Below, in pieces: positions 30,258-30,437 of a stretch of 30,437 nucleotides of DNA (position 1 is its first letter; every line of letters starts with the position of its first letter). Position numbers and translations under genes: made by a program. Source of the DNA: Polyangiaceae bacterium (GTDB lineage: Bacteria; Myxococcota_A; Polyangia; Polyangiales; Polyangiaceae); NCBI GenBank assembly GCA_044222475.1, contig JBGANF010000100.1:1-30437 (forward strand), given 5' to 3'. A model generated the notes under the pieces. The model was not told the DNA's origin. It made no database searches and saw only the letters and a list, made by a program, of their open reading frames with translations.

Positions 30258-30384
30258 GAGAGAACCGCCAGGGGAAGAAAGGGGCGCCAGGCTCGCCAAG
30301 AGAGAAGAGGGTGTGCTCTCGAGGGCCAGCCCATCTCTTCACTTGGCGGCCCTGGCGCCCTTTCTTCCCCTGGCGTTTTTCTTC
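30258..30384. repeat. Long imperfect inverted repeat (REP/MITE-like)
   Basis: cgccaggggaagaaaggg (30266-30283) pairs perfectly with ccctttcttcccctggcg (30358-30375); pairing continues inward through gcgccagg..cgccaag / cttggcg..cctggcgc. Confidence 0.85.
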
Positions 30385-30437
30385 GAGAGAGCCGCATCGC
30401 ACGGCCTGTCCCAAATTGGGACGTCGAAGCTCACTTC

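Noticed and set aside
29869..30414. 181-aa minus-strand ORF spanning the inverted repeat
   Set aside because: It is antisense to the Ig/barrel gene, and its N-terminus is simply a translation of the repeat arms.

Overview
GC-rich, gene-dense bacterial chromosomal window. Gene content and style (giant Ala-rich TPR proteins, many secreted or lipoprotein hydrolases) suggest a myxobacterium, probably Polyangiales-like; this is an inference. About 23 CDS are supportable. Recognisable genes are atpD, atpC, typA, lysC and rimK, plus a Nit1-type carbon-nitrogen hydrolase, an enoyl-CoA hydratase, an SRPBCC/AHA1 protein, a metallophosphoesterase, a PHA-granule-region protein, a parvulin-like protein and two secreted alpha/beta hydrolases. 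No rRNA, tRNA, CRISPR array or transposase was seen. The most notable structure is a tightly packed ~15 kb minus-strand run: an atpDC pair detached from the rest of the ATP synthase operon, a membrane-anchored parvulin lacking both conserved His, a PHA-region protein, two translationally coupled giant TPR proteins (1600 and 1813 aa) and typA. Both TPR proteins end in paralogous domains that look like catalytically dead M48 peptidases. Other points are an 18-bp/hexamer tandem repeat tract at the left edge, a ~125 bp REP/MITE-like inverted repeat at the right edge, a perfect palindromic operator candidate before lysC, a zinc-ribbon plus UvrD-CTD-like small protein, a MerR-TPR fusion, and an Ig-like plus small beta-barrel outer-membrane protein. 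All family calls come from motif recognition by eye; no database searches were run.
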